Below the pieces are notes generated by a model, which worked only from the letters and a program-made list of their open reading frames with translations, did no database searches and was not told the DNA's origin. DNA of 63,192 bases, the filler included, from Octopus bimaculoides (Eukaryota), in assembly GCF_001194135.2 (NCBI RefSeq). It is 5 parts of 4 records of this genome, joined end to end, with 100 filler letters (N's around TTAATTAATTAA, not from the genome) between each part and the next. Parts side by side here need not be neighbours in the genome. Positions count along the whole stretch, not along the records: positions 22,284 to 39,053 come from NC_068995.1; positions 39,154 to 45,157 come from NW_026394162.1; positions 45,258 to 53,629 come from NC_068981.1; 2 more parts are not named here. One strand, written 5' to 3'. Shown here piece by piece: positions 39,051-51,911 of this stretch (positions are counted from its first letter, which is position 1; each line of letters starts with the position of its first letter). The translations under genes and the position numbers were made by a program.

Positions 39051-40020
39051 TTGNNNNNNNNNNNNNNNNNNNNNNNNNNNNNNNNNNNNNNNNNNNNTTA
39101 ATTAATTAANNNNNNNNNNNNNNNNNNNNNNNNNNNNNNNNNNNNNNNNNNNNATATCAATTTCGTACGTTACTCCTTAAATCCGTTTTCTCTGAAAACA
39201 ATCGTTTTTTCATCGTCCCATTCTCCAGGAAAACATTTGTTGTTTTATAATTTTATTCTCTAAGAAACTACTTTTGCGAAAGACTTTCACTTTCACTTTT
39301 GTGAGGAGGGGGCGGGAGATTACAATAACTGTTTCTCAATATATTCTACGAACTTATTTGTCGTAAGGGAGAAGCTGTTCTCCGGTGGCGGCGGTGGGGT
39401 TGTGTGGTAGTAAGGTTGTTGTTGTTGTTGGTGGTGGTGAGTGTCACCCTCGTCCTCATCGCCGTTGTGGCAGTGTTTGTGGGCTGCACTTCAAATGATC
39501 GCGTGGACGGCAAGGCGTCCACGCGTGCGGCCCGGGGTTGCGGTCACTGACGAGATATCAGCTTCACGGAGAGAAGGGGTGGATGGCCACGTGGTTCGTA
39601 GTGATCATACGAGTTGGTGTACATTACGTATGTATGTGAATCTGTATACAAGTGTGTATACATGCATGTATGTATGTATGAATGTATGTATGTATGAACG
39701 TATTATGAAAGTATGTACGTATGCTTATCTGTGTATGTATGTATATATTTAAGTATGTATGTATGTATGTATGTATGTATGTATATACGTATGCAAATAT
39801 GTATGTGTGTATGAATATGTATGTATGTGCATGTATGTCTCTGTATGTATGTTTGTGTATGTGTTTGTATGTATGTATTGCTGTGTGTATGTGTGTATGT
39901 GTGCATGTGTATATATGAATGTATGTATGTATGCATGTATGTATGTATGTATGTATGTATGTATGTATGCATGTACGCACGCGTGTGTATGGTGAAATGT
40001 AGACACGAGAGAGAGCTGGG

Positions 40021-40050
40021 TTAGGGTTAGGGTTAGGGTTAGGGTTAGGG
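40021..40050 (+). repeat. Interstitial telomeric repeat (TTAGGG)5
   Basis: Five perfect TTAGGG units, preceded by ctggg. Confidence 0.95.
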
Positions 40051-40097
40051 TCGCATAAGAAGGGTGGACTTAACTGTGTGAGATGCTGTGAGGTACC

Positions 40098-40136
40098 GAA
40101 CATGGCTGTTGCCAGCACGTGACTTCCGGTTCAATT
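40098..40136. promoter_or_regulatory. Promoter-like motif cluster (E-box CACGTG abutting ETS-type ACTTCCGG)
   Basis: aacatggctgttgccagCACGTGACTTCCGGtt. Motif match only; no transcript evidence. Confidence 0.3.
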
Positions 40137-40361
40137 ATATACGCTGTCGACAACTGAACGGTCATTAAAGATATATATTTAAAGCGGAGTGAGTGTATAT
40201 ACCTGTATGTGTGTATGCATATGAATGTATATGTGTGTGTGTGAATGCTTTATGTATGTATATAGAAGATATGCACACGCGTGCTGCCACACACACGTAT
40301 AAGCATGTAAATCGTATGCTATACATATATTTAAACATACGAATATATATGTATAATATAC

Positions 40362-40399
<38 letters not shown>

Positions 40400-40660
40400 C
40401 TTCTGTTTTTTATCATTTACTTGCTTAAGTCATTAGACTGCGGCCATGCTGGGGCACCGCGTCGAAGAATTATCAGCCGAATGTATCGACCCCAGTATCT
40501 GCTTCTTATAAGCCTGGTACTCATTCTATCGATCTCTTTTGCCGCACCGATAATGTAACGGGGACGTGTATAATATATACATATAATACATATATATATA
40601 TATATTAATAACTCTATTTCTGAAAACCAGTGGATAGATTCCACTGAAATTAGATAAATA

Positions 40661-40801
40661 ACCTTCGAGCAGATAGTCAGCAGCGCCGCCTGGCTAAGGC
40701 TTGGCTACTCTGCATTGACAAGGGGCAACACCCTGAAACTAGTCTAGTCTGCAGATGCCAAACCGGCAGGGGGACACTGCTGACCTCCCCTGTTCGAAGG
40801 T
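40661..40801. mobile_element. 141-bp MITE
   Basis: ataaccttcgagcag (40658-40672) and ctgttcgaaggttat (40790-40804) are inverted at 14/15. Flanks fit a TA duplication or a degenerate TTAA. Confidence 0.6.
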
Positions 40802-41146
40802 TATAAAGGACACAGGTTTCGTGTGTCACNNNNNNNNNNNNNNNNNNNNNNNNNNNNNNNNNNNNNNNNNNNNNNNNNNNNNNNNNNNNNNNNNNNNNNN
40901 NNNNNNNNNNNNNNNNNNNNNNNNNNNNNNNNNNNNNNNNNNNNNNNNNNNNNNNNNNNNNNNNNNNNNNNNNNNNNNNNNNNNNNNNNNNNNNNNNNNN
41001 NNNNNNNNNNNNNNNNNNNNNNNNNNNNNNNNNNNNNNNNNNNNNNNNNNNNNNNNNNNNNNNNNNNNNNNNNNNNNNNNNNNNNNNNNNNNNNNNNNNN
41101 NNNNNNNNAGGATGGGCTACTCGACATAAAGAAAATTGTAATAATG

Positions 41147-41200
<54 letters not shown>

Positions 41201-41648
41201 GGTTTTAAATTTTGGCTGAAGGCTTAGTAAGTTCAGAAACGGGGTGAGTCAGTTGCATCGACGCCACTGTTATGTAGGATTAGTCGGTGATTGTGGTAAA
41301 ACGTAACCTTTTATCTCAAACATAAATTTGGCCTGTATCGAAAATAGAAACGATTTGATAATTGATTAATAAAATTATCAATCAATGCATTAAATACACT
41401 TCGACCCATATCGAGATTAAATAGATTTCGATAATAGATACACGTATGCATCCATCCATCCATCCATACATACATACATATGTGTGTGTGTGTGTGTGTG
41501 TGTGTGTCTGTGTGTGTGTGTGTCTGTGTGTGTGTGTGTGTGTGTGCATATATACACATACACAAACAATCCTAATACGAAGAAACACTTGGAAAAATAA
41601 CTGCATATATACACACACAAAAACACACTCATGTACATACATATATAC

Positions 41649-41703
<55 letters not shown>

Positions 41704-42700
41704 NNNNNNNNNNNNNNNNNNNNNNNNNNNNNNNNNNNNNNNNNNNNNNNNNNNNNNNNNNNNNNNNNNNNNNNNNNNNNNNNNNNNNNNNNNNNNNNNN
41801 NNNNNNNNNNNNNNNNNNNNNNNNNNNNNNNNNNNNNNNNNNNNNNNNNNNNNNNNNNNNNNNNNNNNNNNNNNNNNNNNNNNNNNNNNNNNNNNNNNNN
41901 NNNNNNNNNNNNNNNNNNNNNNNNNNNNNNNNNNNNNNNNNNNNNNNNNNNNNNNNNNNNNNNNNNNNNNNNNNNNNNNNNNNNNNNNNNNNNNNNNNNN
42001 NNNNNNNNNNNNNNNNNNNNNNNNNNNNNNNNNNNNNNNNNNNNNNNNNNNNNNNNNNNNNNNNNNNNNNNNNNNNNNNNNNNNNNNNNNNNNNNNNNNN
42101 NNNNNNNNNNNNNNNNNNNNNNNNNNNNNNNNNNNNNNNNNNNNNNNNNNNNNNNNNNNNNNNNNNNNNNNNNNNNNNNNNNNNNNNNNNNNNNNNNNNN
42201 NNNNNNNNNNNNNNNNNNNNNNNNNNNNNNNNNNNNNNNNNNNNNNNNNNNNNNNNNNNNNNNNNNNNNNNNNNNNNNNNNNNNNNNNNNNNNNNNNNNN
42301 NNNNNNNNNNNNNNNNNNNNNNNNNNNNNNNNNNNNNNNNNNNNNNNNNNNNNNNNNNNNNNNNNNNNNNNNNNNNNNNNNNNNNNNNNNNNNNNNNNNN
42401 NNNNNNNNNNNNNNNNNNNNNNNNNNNNNATGTATATATATACCATATATATGTATATATAAATACGCAGCCATCAGCCATATGTTCTAATCAATCACAC
42501 TTACAAGATCTGAAAGACTGTGGGTGCACAGCAAGGAACCTAACAAACTCCTTCCCTTCTTTTCTGAAACGGCCACCAAATCCGCGTGTTTTCCGCCATT
42601 TTTCCGCCATTTTTCCGCATCTCCGTTTCTTTCTGATCAGTTTCGTTTTTCACTGAAGGCTAGAACGCTGTTGTCTCTCTCTCACTCTCTCTCTCACTCC

Positions 42701-42736
<36 letters not shown>

Positions 42737-43042
42737 CTTTCTCATTCTCTCTCTCTCTCTTTTTATTTATCTGTCTATATATCTATCACCCTCGCCCTTC
42801 TCTCTCTCTCTCTCTCTCATCTCATTCACCGTAAGACTAAATATTTCATTAATAAACATATGGCATATCCAATATATATACATAGAATAAGATGCATACA
42901 TATATATATATATATGTGTGTATATATTTATGTATATATTTTTTAACTATATACGTATATATATATACATCTACACATATATAATTCATACATATAAATA
43001 TGTACATATATGCGTATATATATATAAATATATGTATGTATG

Positions 43043-43152
<110 letters not shown>

Positions 43153-43858
43153 TACGACAGGCTTCTTTCAGTTTCCTTCTACCACATCCGCTCACAAAAC
43201 TTTGGTCTACCCGAAGTTATAGTTGAATACACTTGTCCAAGGTGCTATGCACTGGGAGTGAACTCGGAACCATGTGATTAGGAAGCAAGCTTCTTACCAC
43301 ACAGCCACGCCTGCGACTTTCCTAATACAATTTAATTTTGATAGGAATTTTAAAACCTGGAATGGCTCCGAGGTTCCACCCGTGTAAAAGAGAAAACAAA
43401 GTGGTCAATTAGAACGAAAATGGTTGAGAACCACAACTACATGAATGAAATAACTGCTACATTCAATACAATGTACCAAACAACAAAAAAGAAAAGAAAG
43501 AAAAGTAACAAGAATATACATGAGAGTGACGCCCCAGCATGGGCGCAGTCCAATGACTGAAACTTGTAAAAGAACAGGGAAAGGAAATATCTTTTCTCCC
43601 ACCCATTTCTAGTGTGTGGAATGGAATTCTTGAAATAGACTCCAGGTAATCCAAGGCGGTCACCAGGTCAAACATGTGGCATGAATTTAAACGGTGCTGC
43701 GAAGATATCAACCGACATCTTTGCGAACGCATAAATCAAACGGCAAAGCGTGCCAACGAGGTTATCTTGACGTGGTCGATCGTTATGCTAGAAATAACAG
43801 CCAGGTTATTTATTTGGATGTTTCCATGCAGATAGAAAAGATGCCTAAGTGTATTACG

Positions 43859-43901
<43 letters not shown>

Positions 43902-44423
43902 NNNNNNNNNNNNNNNNNNNNNNNNNNNNNNNNNNNNNNNNNNNNNNNNNNNNNNNNNNNNNNNNNNNNNNNNNNNNNNNNNNNNNNNNNNNNNNNNNNN
44001 NNNNNNNNNNNNNNNNNNNNNNNNNNNNNNNNNNNNNNNNNNNNNNNNNNNNNNNNNNNNNNNNNNNNNNNNNNNNNNNNNNNNNNNNNNNNNNNNNNNN
44101 NNNNNNNNNNNNNNNNNNNNNNNNNNNNNNNNNNNNNNNNNNNNNNNNNNNNNNNNNNNNNNNNNNNNNNNNNNNNNNNNNNNNNNNNNNNNNNNNNNNN
44201 NNNNNNNNNNNNNNNNNNNNNNNNNNNNNNNNNNNNNNNNNNNNNNNNNNNNNNNNNNNNNNNNNNNNNNNNNNNNNNNNNNNNNNNNNNNNNNNNNNNN
44301 NNNNNNNNNNNNNNNNNNNNNNNNNNNNNNNNNNNNNNNNNNNNNNNNNNNNNNNNNNNNNNNNNNNNNNTATGTAATACTGTACACTTCGGATAATATA
44401 TATATATATATATATATATATAC

Positions 44424-44537
44424 AAAGAATAAGGAGAAAATGGAGACGTGATTAATAAAATTATTTATTAATTATAAAATATTTTATAATTAATAAATAA
44501 TTTTATTTATTACGTCTCCATTTTCTCCTTATTCTTT
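44424..44537. repeat. 114-bp zero-spacer palindrome
   Basis: Arms 44424-44480 and 44481-44537 pair at 55/57; centre ataaaat|attttat. Confidence 0.95.
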
Positions 44538-45339
44538 AAATATATAAATATATGAACCACGGTTGATATGGTTACCTTATTTATAGTTAATCTTTCTATA
44601 GACTGGTAACTAACCAGCAATTTCACGACGAGTATTCCATTTGAACTCCGATCGACAGGACAGCCTGCTCGTGGAATTAACATATAAGTGGCTGAGCACT
44701 CCACAGACGCACATGCCCTTAACGTAGTTCTCAGCGAGATTCAGCGTGACACAGAACGTGACACGGCTGGCTCCTTTGACATTCAGGCACAATAGATTTT
44801 TGCCAGCTGAGTGAACTGGAGCAATGTGAAATAAAGTGTCTTTACTCAAGGACAAAATGCGCCGCTGGAAATCGAACTCAGGACCTTGTGATCGTGCTGT
44901 ATAGCGAAATATTATAAATAGGCCAGTAGCCGGTCGTCAAGAGAGGGTCGAGAGTCGAAGAGTTGAGAGTTGACGGTTCTAATCCGTTACGAATGACTAG
45001 TAATTACTGTAGCTACTAGCATAAAACAGCAACTACATTACAATGGCAGTCACACATCACCTCATGATTTCGATCTTGTTTGGTGTTGACAATAATGGAC
45101 GCTCGACGGGAAAGTACTCATATGCAAATTAGCACGTGGATCGCGTGTTCGGTTGGCNNNNNNNNNNNNNNNNNNNNNNNNNNNNNNNNNNNNNNNNNNN
45201 NTTAATTAATTAANNNNNNNNNNNNNNNNNNNNNNNNNNNNNNNNNNNNNNNNNNNNTATATATATATATATATGTATACACACACACACACAGGAGATT
45301 TTTTTTTACAAGAATAAAGAATTTATAAGAATCATCATA

Positions 45340-46300
45340 GCAAAACTATTATACAATATTATACCAAATACCTATTATTATACAACAATAGCTATTATTC
45401 AGCTCATGCCACCCGAGACATATCAAAACAAATATCCCCTTCAACGCTGCAAGAAGAATTTACTCCATGAAATCCGAAAAGTATACCAGAGAACTAAGAT
45501 TGCAAAAGCTTAAAAACGTACTCTAGGTCAGACACTACCCAATTCAACTCATAAATGAAGAGATTAAACGTGCAAAATCGATTGGCATAAACACATTAAG
45601 AAAAGTCGAACACAATAACACACCTACTCTGAAAACACAAACTTATGTCTCTGATACAACCCCGGAAACAAAGAGGATATAATATCATTGTCCAAAATCT
45701 CCCAATACTCCATAAGGATCCAAAACTGAAGGAAATTCTATGTACCCATTAAAGCAGTAAATAACCAAAGATAGTAAAGATGATCATTATTATTGCTAAA
45801 TTATTCTGAAGAATAACAGAGGCAAGAGTAAAAAAATGTGGTCGTCCTAACAGCGGAACATGTCCCAGTCTTCTGGAAGGATCAGATTTCCGTTTTAGAG
45901 AAGGAAAAATATTCAAAATTAAACCCAGATTCACTTGCACCTCTGGAAACTTCATTTGTGTAATAGTCGGGCTCCCATAAAAACTATACAGGGTCTACAG
46001 GAATTCTATCAGACGAAGATGTAATGTCCACACACAACAGATATCTTCCCTACAATATCCCCAGATATATCTCAGTGAACACATTGAGATATGTGCAGAA
46101 CAACTGCAACTAAAATTCCTAATCTTCCCATTATATCAATTTATTGTTTGGAAATAAAGAGGCCACATTTATCGAAAAACGTAAGCCAGAATTAAATATA
46201 AACCCATGAATGTCAGAAAATTATTCTTTCGTGTCATGATGATTCAATGCATGGGTCAATACTAAGTTTCTTGGCAATGATACTATGATGAGACTTCAGT
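45340..46300 (+). mobile_element. Penelope-like element fragment of a second subtype (thumb/linker and GIY-YIG)
   Basis: Translates, with stops, to LLFSSCHPRHIKTNIPFNAARRI, LQKLKNVL..RHYP.QLI, CGRPNSGTCP, FKIKPRFTCTSGN and SEHIEIC..LKFLIFP. Confidence 0.8.
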
Positions 46301-46387
46301 AAGATCGTGGTGATGAGTTGTAATATATCGGTTCGTTTACGCTAACTTCCCACCTCTCTGTCTCTCTCTCTCTCTCTCACTCACTCA

Positions 46388-46445
<58 letters not shown>

Positions 46446-46505
46446 GCATACATACATGCGCACAAAGGAATGTATATATGTTTGTATGCATGCATGTTTA
46501 TATAA

Positions 46506-47382
46506 CGAGGTGGTATCAAAGTGTTCCCGGACTAATTATATTTAATGAAAAATAACATTTATTTAAGCTTTAACATCATCTCCTTCGAAATAATCACCTT
46601 GCGCAGCAATACCCCAGTCCCAGTATTCCTGCCACTTTTGAAATCAGGCCTGAAAATCGTTTTCCGTAAGCGAATCGAAAACCTGCGATTCGTTCTGGAT
46701 CTCGACAACGGTGTTAAAAGGGCAACCTTTGCGCTGCAGTTTCACCCAGGAGTAGACATGGAAGTCCGCAGGTGCTAAATTTAGCCAATAGGGTGGGTGT
46801 AGAAGCGATACTATGTTGTTCTTGTCGAGAAACTCACGAGTGAGGAGAGTTCGGTGACAGAGTGCATTGTCGCTGCGAAGAATCCCGACGTTAGAATTAC
46901 CTGTACGGACAATCAACGATATCAGCAATATATTTGATAGTCTCCCAACGATCTCCATGCACACGCTGATGAATATTCTCCACATTTCCGGAGGAAACGT
47001 TCTTTGCAGCTCTTCCAGATCGTTCATCGTCTTACGTGAAATTATACATTTGAAGCGCTCGTCCCACTCGAAATATTTCGTAAGATGTATTGCCAAATTG
47101 CCGTAAGTTTCTTGAAGCATGCTCAATGCCTCTCTAGCAGTCTTCCCAAGTTTAACGCAAAATTTCACGTTGGCTCCTTGTTCCAACTGATAAAAATCGC
47201 AGACTACAGCATACACATGATTACAAAACACAAATTTCACAACTTGCAGAGTAAACACTGTGATGTCACAGGGCACACTGTCTTACGAACGTCGCTGCTA
47301 TCTTACAGTGTGCACGCAACTGCATGCTGCTAACTTTTGGCGCGCAACAGAACTAGTCCGGGAACTCTTTGATACTACCTTG
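46506..47382 (-). mobile_element. Mariner transposon, internally deleted
   Basis: Terminal inverted repeats 46504-46537 and 47351-47384 match at 29/34 nt, with TA at the ends. Minus-strand ORF contains EQGANVKFCVKLGKTAREALSMLQETYG (mariner HTH), SDNALCH and HPPYWLNLAPADF (YSPDLAP-like). Confidence 0.92.
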
Positions 47383-47398
47383 TATATATATGTATATG

Positions 47399-47494
<96 letters not shown>

Positions 47495-48600
47495 TATATA
47501 CATACACGAGTGTGTTTGTTTGTGTATAGAAGAATATATTTATCAAAGAAATTCCAACTTTGATTTTCATGTTTTATTTACAATCTTATAATAATATAAT
47601 ATAAGGTAATATAATGAAATGATACAATATTAAACGTTCATTCTGATTGAACTAGTACTTTCATGCATTAAACTATGCAATCTTCAGTTTCATATAATAG
47701 CGATGAGAGTTATCTTTTATAATTTACAACTGTAGTGAGATGGCTAAACTGTGTGCCTTAAATACATAAGTATAGGTCCCAGAATGTTAAGTTTTGCAAA
47801 CTATATTCTGATCAGAAAGCCACAAAACGGATTTCGTTTTCCGAAAGATTGCTGTAAAAATTTATATTAATTTATAGTGCTAAAAAGGACAGAAATGCAC
47901 ATCAGTGGTGCAGGAAGAGCTTCCAGGAGCTGTAGTCGATTGTTAAATCATAAATTCTTTGAATGTCTCCAGTACCAAGTTTTCACTATCTACTGCATGC
48001 TACACCAAACGTAGCTTCTGATGTGACTAACAAATAACTGGTGTCGATATAAGCTGGCGAGCAGGATAAAACTTAGTTAATAGCGACGGAAATTGTTTTA
48101 GTAGTGAATAACATTCTGGGCATCTTATGTCCCTGTGTACGTGTGCCTCCTCCCACATTCCAAACACTAACATATCAATGATTCAATTGGTTTCCTGAAT
48201 TTTTTCTAGAAATGACCACATCGACTAACAGAAATTTCATTTCTCTATTTTTTCTCGTTCTAGTACGGATTCTATACACCAAAACAAATTTGATTCAAAC
48301 CCAAAAACATGTGACTTTTATATTTACATGATATATGTTTATTATCATACGCCGTGGCTCTTCAGTTAGGTCAATCACATATTTTGATCATTAGTCTTTT
48401 CTGTTTTGAAGCTATTTTTGCACCTATAATTAATTTTAAGAGCGTCTTCGTTGAGTTTACTTCCGGTTAACTTAGGTATTCCAAGTGCCTTTAGTATTCT
48501 GACAGGGAAGAAATTTTTTTCAAAAACAGGTAACTTTACATGCTTATCTATTTCTTGGGTTGTATGTTACAATGTAAAATAGGGTATAGTAAATTACTGA

Positions 48601-48732
48601 AGTGTTCTTTTTAATTCTTGAATGTTTATTACTTTGATTTTTTCCTCTCCATTATCGATTACCAGTGTTCTTTTTAATTCTTGAATGTTTATTACTTTGA
48701 TTTTTTCCTCTCCATTATCGATTACCAGTGTT
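48601..48732 (+). repeat. Exact 63-bp tandem duplication
   Basis: 48601-48663 is identical to 48664-48726, followed by a further agtgtt. Confidence 0.95.
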
Positions 48733-48974
48733 GTGTAATAGATTTCAAATAGCATCTTTTATTCCAATTTCTAAGTTCGAAAAAACTGAGCATGTTCCTC
48801 TTACTAGATTAAACAGCATATATTTTTTATGTTTTGGAAGTTAACATATAAACAGTAATTATTGCTTGTAGCTATTATGGTGGGTTTTTCGTATATGATC
48901 ATTTCCAGATTTTTGTGTTTGTTGAGGATTTAAATACCCAAGAATCTGGTTGTTTTCGATTTTATTCCCCGGTG

Positions 48975-49014
<40 letters not shown>

Positions 49015-50362
49015 NNNNNNNNNNNNNNNNNNNNNNNNNNNNNNNNNNNNNNNNNNNNNNNNNNNNNNNNNNNNNNNNNNNNNNNNNNNNNNNNNNNNNN
49101 NNNNNNNNNNNNNNNNNNNNNNNNNNNNNNNNNNNNNNNNNNNNNNNNNNNNNNNNNNNNNNNNNNNNNNNNNNNNNNNNNNNNNNNNNNNNNNNNNNNN
49201 NNNNNNNNNNNNNNNNNNNNNNNNNNNNNNNNNNNNNNNNNNNNNNNNNNNNNNNNNNNNNNNNNNNNNNNNNNNNNNNNNNNNNNNNNNNNNNNNNNNN
49301 NNNNNNNNNNNNNNNNNNNNNNNNNNNNNNNNNNNNNNNNNNNNNNNNNNNNNNNNNNNNNNNNNNNNNNNNNNNNNNNNNNNNNNNNNNNNNNNNNNNN
49401 NNNNNNNNNNNNNNNNNNNNNNNNNNNNNNNNNNNNNNNNNNNNNNNNNNNNNNNNNNNNNNNNNNNNNNNNNNNNNNNNNNNNNNNNNNNNNNNNNNNN
49501 NNNNNNNNNNNNNNNNNNNTATATATATATAATTTATGTTATTAGAGTTTTGCAATCATGAATTGGAACACCGATTGATTTTCAAAAAAAATTACAAATG
49601 AAACCTATTCTTAATGAATCTGAAAAACAGAGAAACTAATTGAGATGAGGCTCTAAACAATCCAAATATTACAATGAATACGAAATTCTAAACAGCGAAA
49701 TCTGAAATCAACAGACAAGGAACAAATATAATAATAAATTTCAAAAGTTTTGACAGATGACTTTTGGTCATAATATCGTGGTTATTGTTGGTCGTAATGT
49801 TTCTATTATTGTTTGAAGTTCTATTGCTGCTGATGTTGTAATTATTGTGATGGGTGTGTTTTTTTTCCTTATTTGTAAGGACCACATACCGCCAGAATAT
49901 AATTATTTTATTAGTGGAGAGAACTGTATATCCATGAGATGATAAACACTAGTATCTGGCAGTTTTTTCTGACACCTCAACTGATGATGCAGCCACATGC
50001 AGCTGATGTTAAACAATATTCAAATACATATTGATGATGAAAAGTAATCTTACATAATGCTATATCAGTAAGAGCTTTACAACTTAAAGCTGTTGTGTTC
50101 TAACATTAAAAACTGTTGACTACCATCCTCGTGAAATATTACTATAATTATATTCATCCTAAGCAGAAACGAATTCTCCATGCATACTCATAAACAGAGA
50201 TACCTCAAGAAATAATAACAAGTGATACACTTACAAAAGCATAGGAGCTCTTAAACGCGCGTTGCGAGGTTTTTATCGAAAATACACTGAACACACAAAC
50301 AAACACACATACACACACACACATACAAAACACACACACACTCACACACGCACATGCACACA

Positions 50363-50396
<34 letters not shown>

Positions 50397-50616
50397 GAAG
50401 AATCAGATAAAAAGGATTTGTGTGCTGAGATATGGTCCTGATGAAATCAAATCACTTTCTTCAGGTTTCCTGGGCGCTTTTGTCTTGATAGCGTTTCGTT
50501 GCTGCCTATTATATGTATTATATATCATATATATACACACTCGTGTATATATACCTTATATTATATCTTATTGTGTGTGTGTATGTGTTTGTTTGTGTGT
50601 GTGTGTGTGTGTGTGC

Positions 50617-50662
<46 letters not shown>

Positions 50663-50796
50663 GTTTACAGAATCAGGAAATGCTGTGGTGAGAAGGTTGC
50701 TTCCAATCTGCATGATTCCGGACTGATTCTGTCGTTCGTATTTAAACAATAATCATGTGCACATCATAGTTTAATATTAAATTTCACTGCACTAAA

Positions 50797-51911
50797 ATGG
50801 ATGAACTGGAAGTGTATATTCAATATGTGATGTCGTGAGAGTTTAAGAACGAAGAAAACGTCTCAGAAACAGCCAAGAAAATATGCAGTGTTTGTGGCCA
50901 AGTTGTCCTTACTGACTAGCAAATGCAAAATTGGTTTTTAAAATTTCCTTCCAGAGATTTGTCACTGAGAGATGACGCTCATTAAACTTCGTACCAGAAC
51001 GTTCATCAGACTTCGAACATGATGTTTTAAGAGAACTAATGAAATTCAATCCTTGTAAAAGTACTTGGAAATTAGCATTTGACCTCAACATATCCCCATC
51101 TACCATCTGCTGCCACTTTGAAAAAATAGGAAAAGTCAACAGCCTGGGTGCTCATGTTCCCCTTACACTTATTGACAAGAATAGGGAAGATCACCTGTCC
51201 ATAGGGAAAGGTTTTCTTTCAAGGTAGAAAAATAACCCGTTTCTCAAAAATATCATTACAGGTGATGGAAAGGGTTTTTTTTTTATGACAATGGTGAATG
51301 CAAAAGGCAGTGGACTGATAAGGATAAACCTTCGCAACTTATCTCGAAAATTGAGCTCTATTGAAGGAAGGTTATCCTGTGTGTATAGTGGAATCACCTC
51401 AGTATTATTCATCTTGAGTTTTTAAAATGTAATCAAGCACTAAAGCCGACATGTACTCTCAACAACTACAACATGTGCATGAAAATCTTTTAAGAAAATG
51501 CCCTGCACTCTTAAATAGTAGAAGCATTGGGCTTCTCTTTTATAGCACAAGACCACATTTAGCAATGATCACGCACGATAAAATATTGGATTTGGGCTGG
51601 TATGTCGTACTCCAGCCATCATACTCACTGGACCTTGCACAAACTAATTTCCATCTTCTTCGCCCTCTATAAAATACTCTGACGGGGAAAAAGTTTTCTC
51701 AAGGCAATCAGGTGAAAAGTGTGTGAAAAACTTCTTCCTGTCAAGACCAGCTGAATTTTACTCAAGAGGAATCAAAACTCTACCTGATAGATGGCAAGAA
51801 ATCATTGAAAATAATGGCAACTAAACTCATAATTGAAAATAATTCTTTGTAAAATATTTTCATGAGTAAACGTATTTAACAAAATTGGAAATTATTTATA
51901 ACAAACCAATA
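50797..51911 (+). mobile_element. Mariner transposase pseudogene (Hsmar1/cecropia-like), 5' TIR not found
   Basis: From ATG 50797: MDELEVYIQYVMS*EFKNEENVSETAKKICSV..QNWFLKF, LGAHVPLTL (WVPH-like), IITGDGK, QPSYSLDLAQTNFHLLRPL. The right end aattggaaattatttataacaaaccaata resembles a mariner TIR. Confidence 0.88.
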
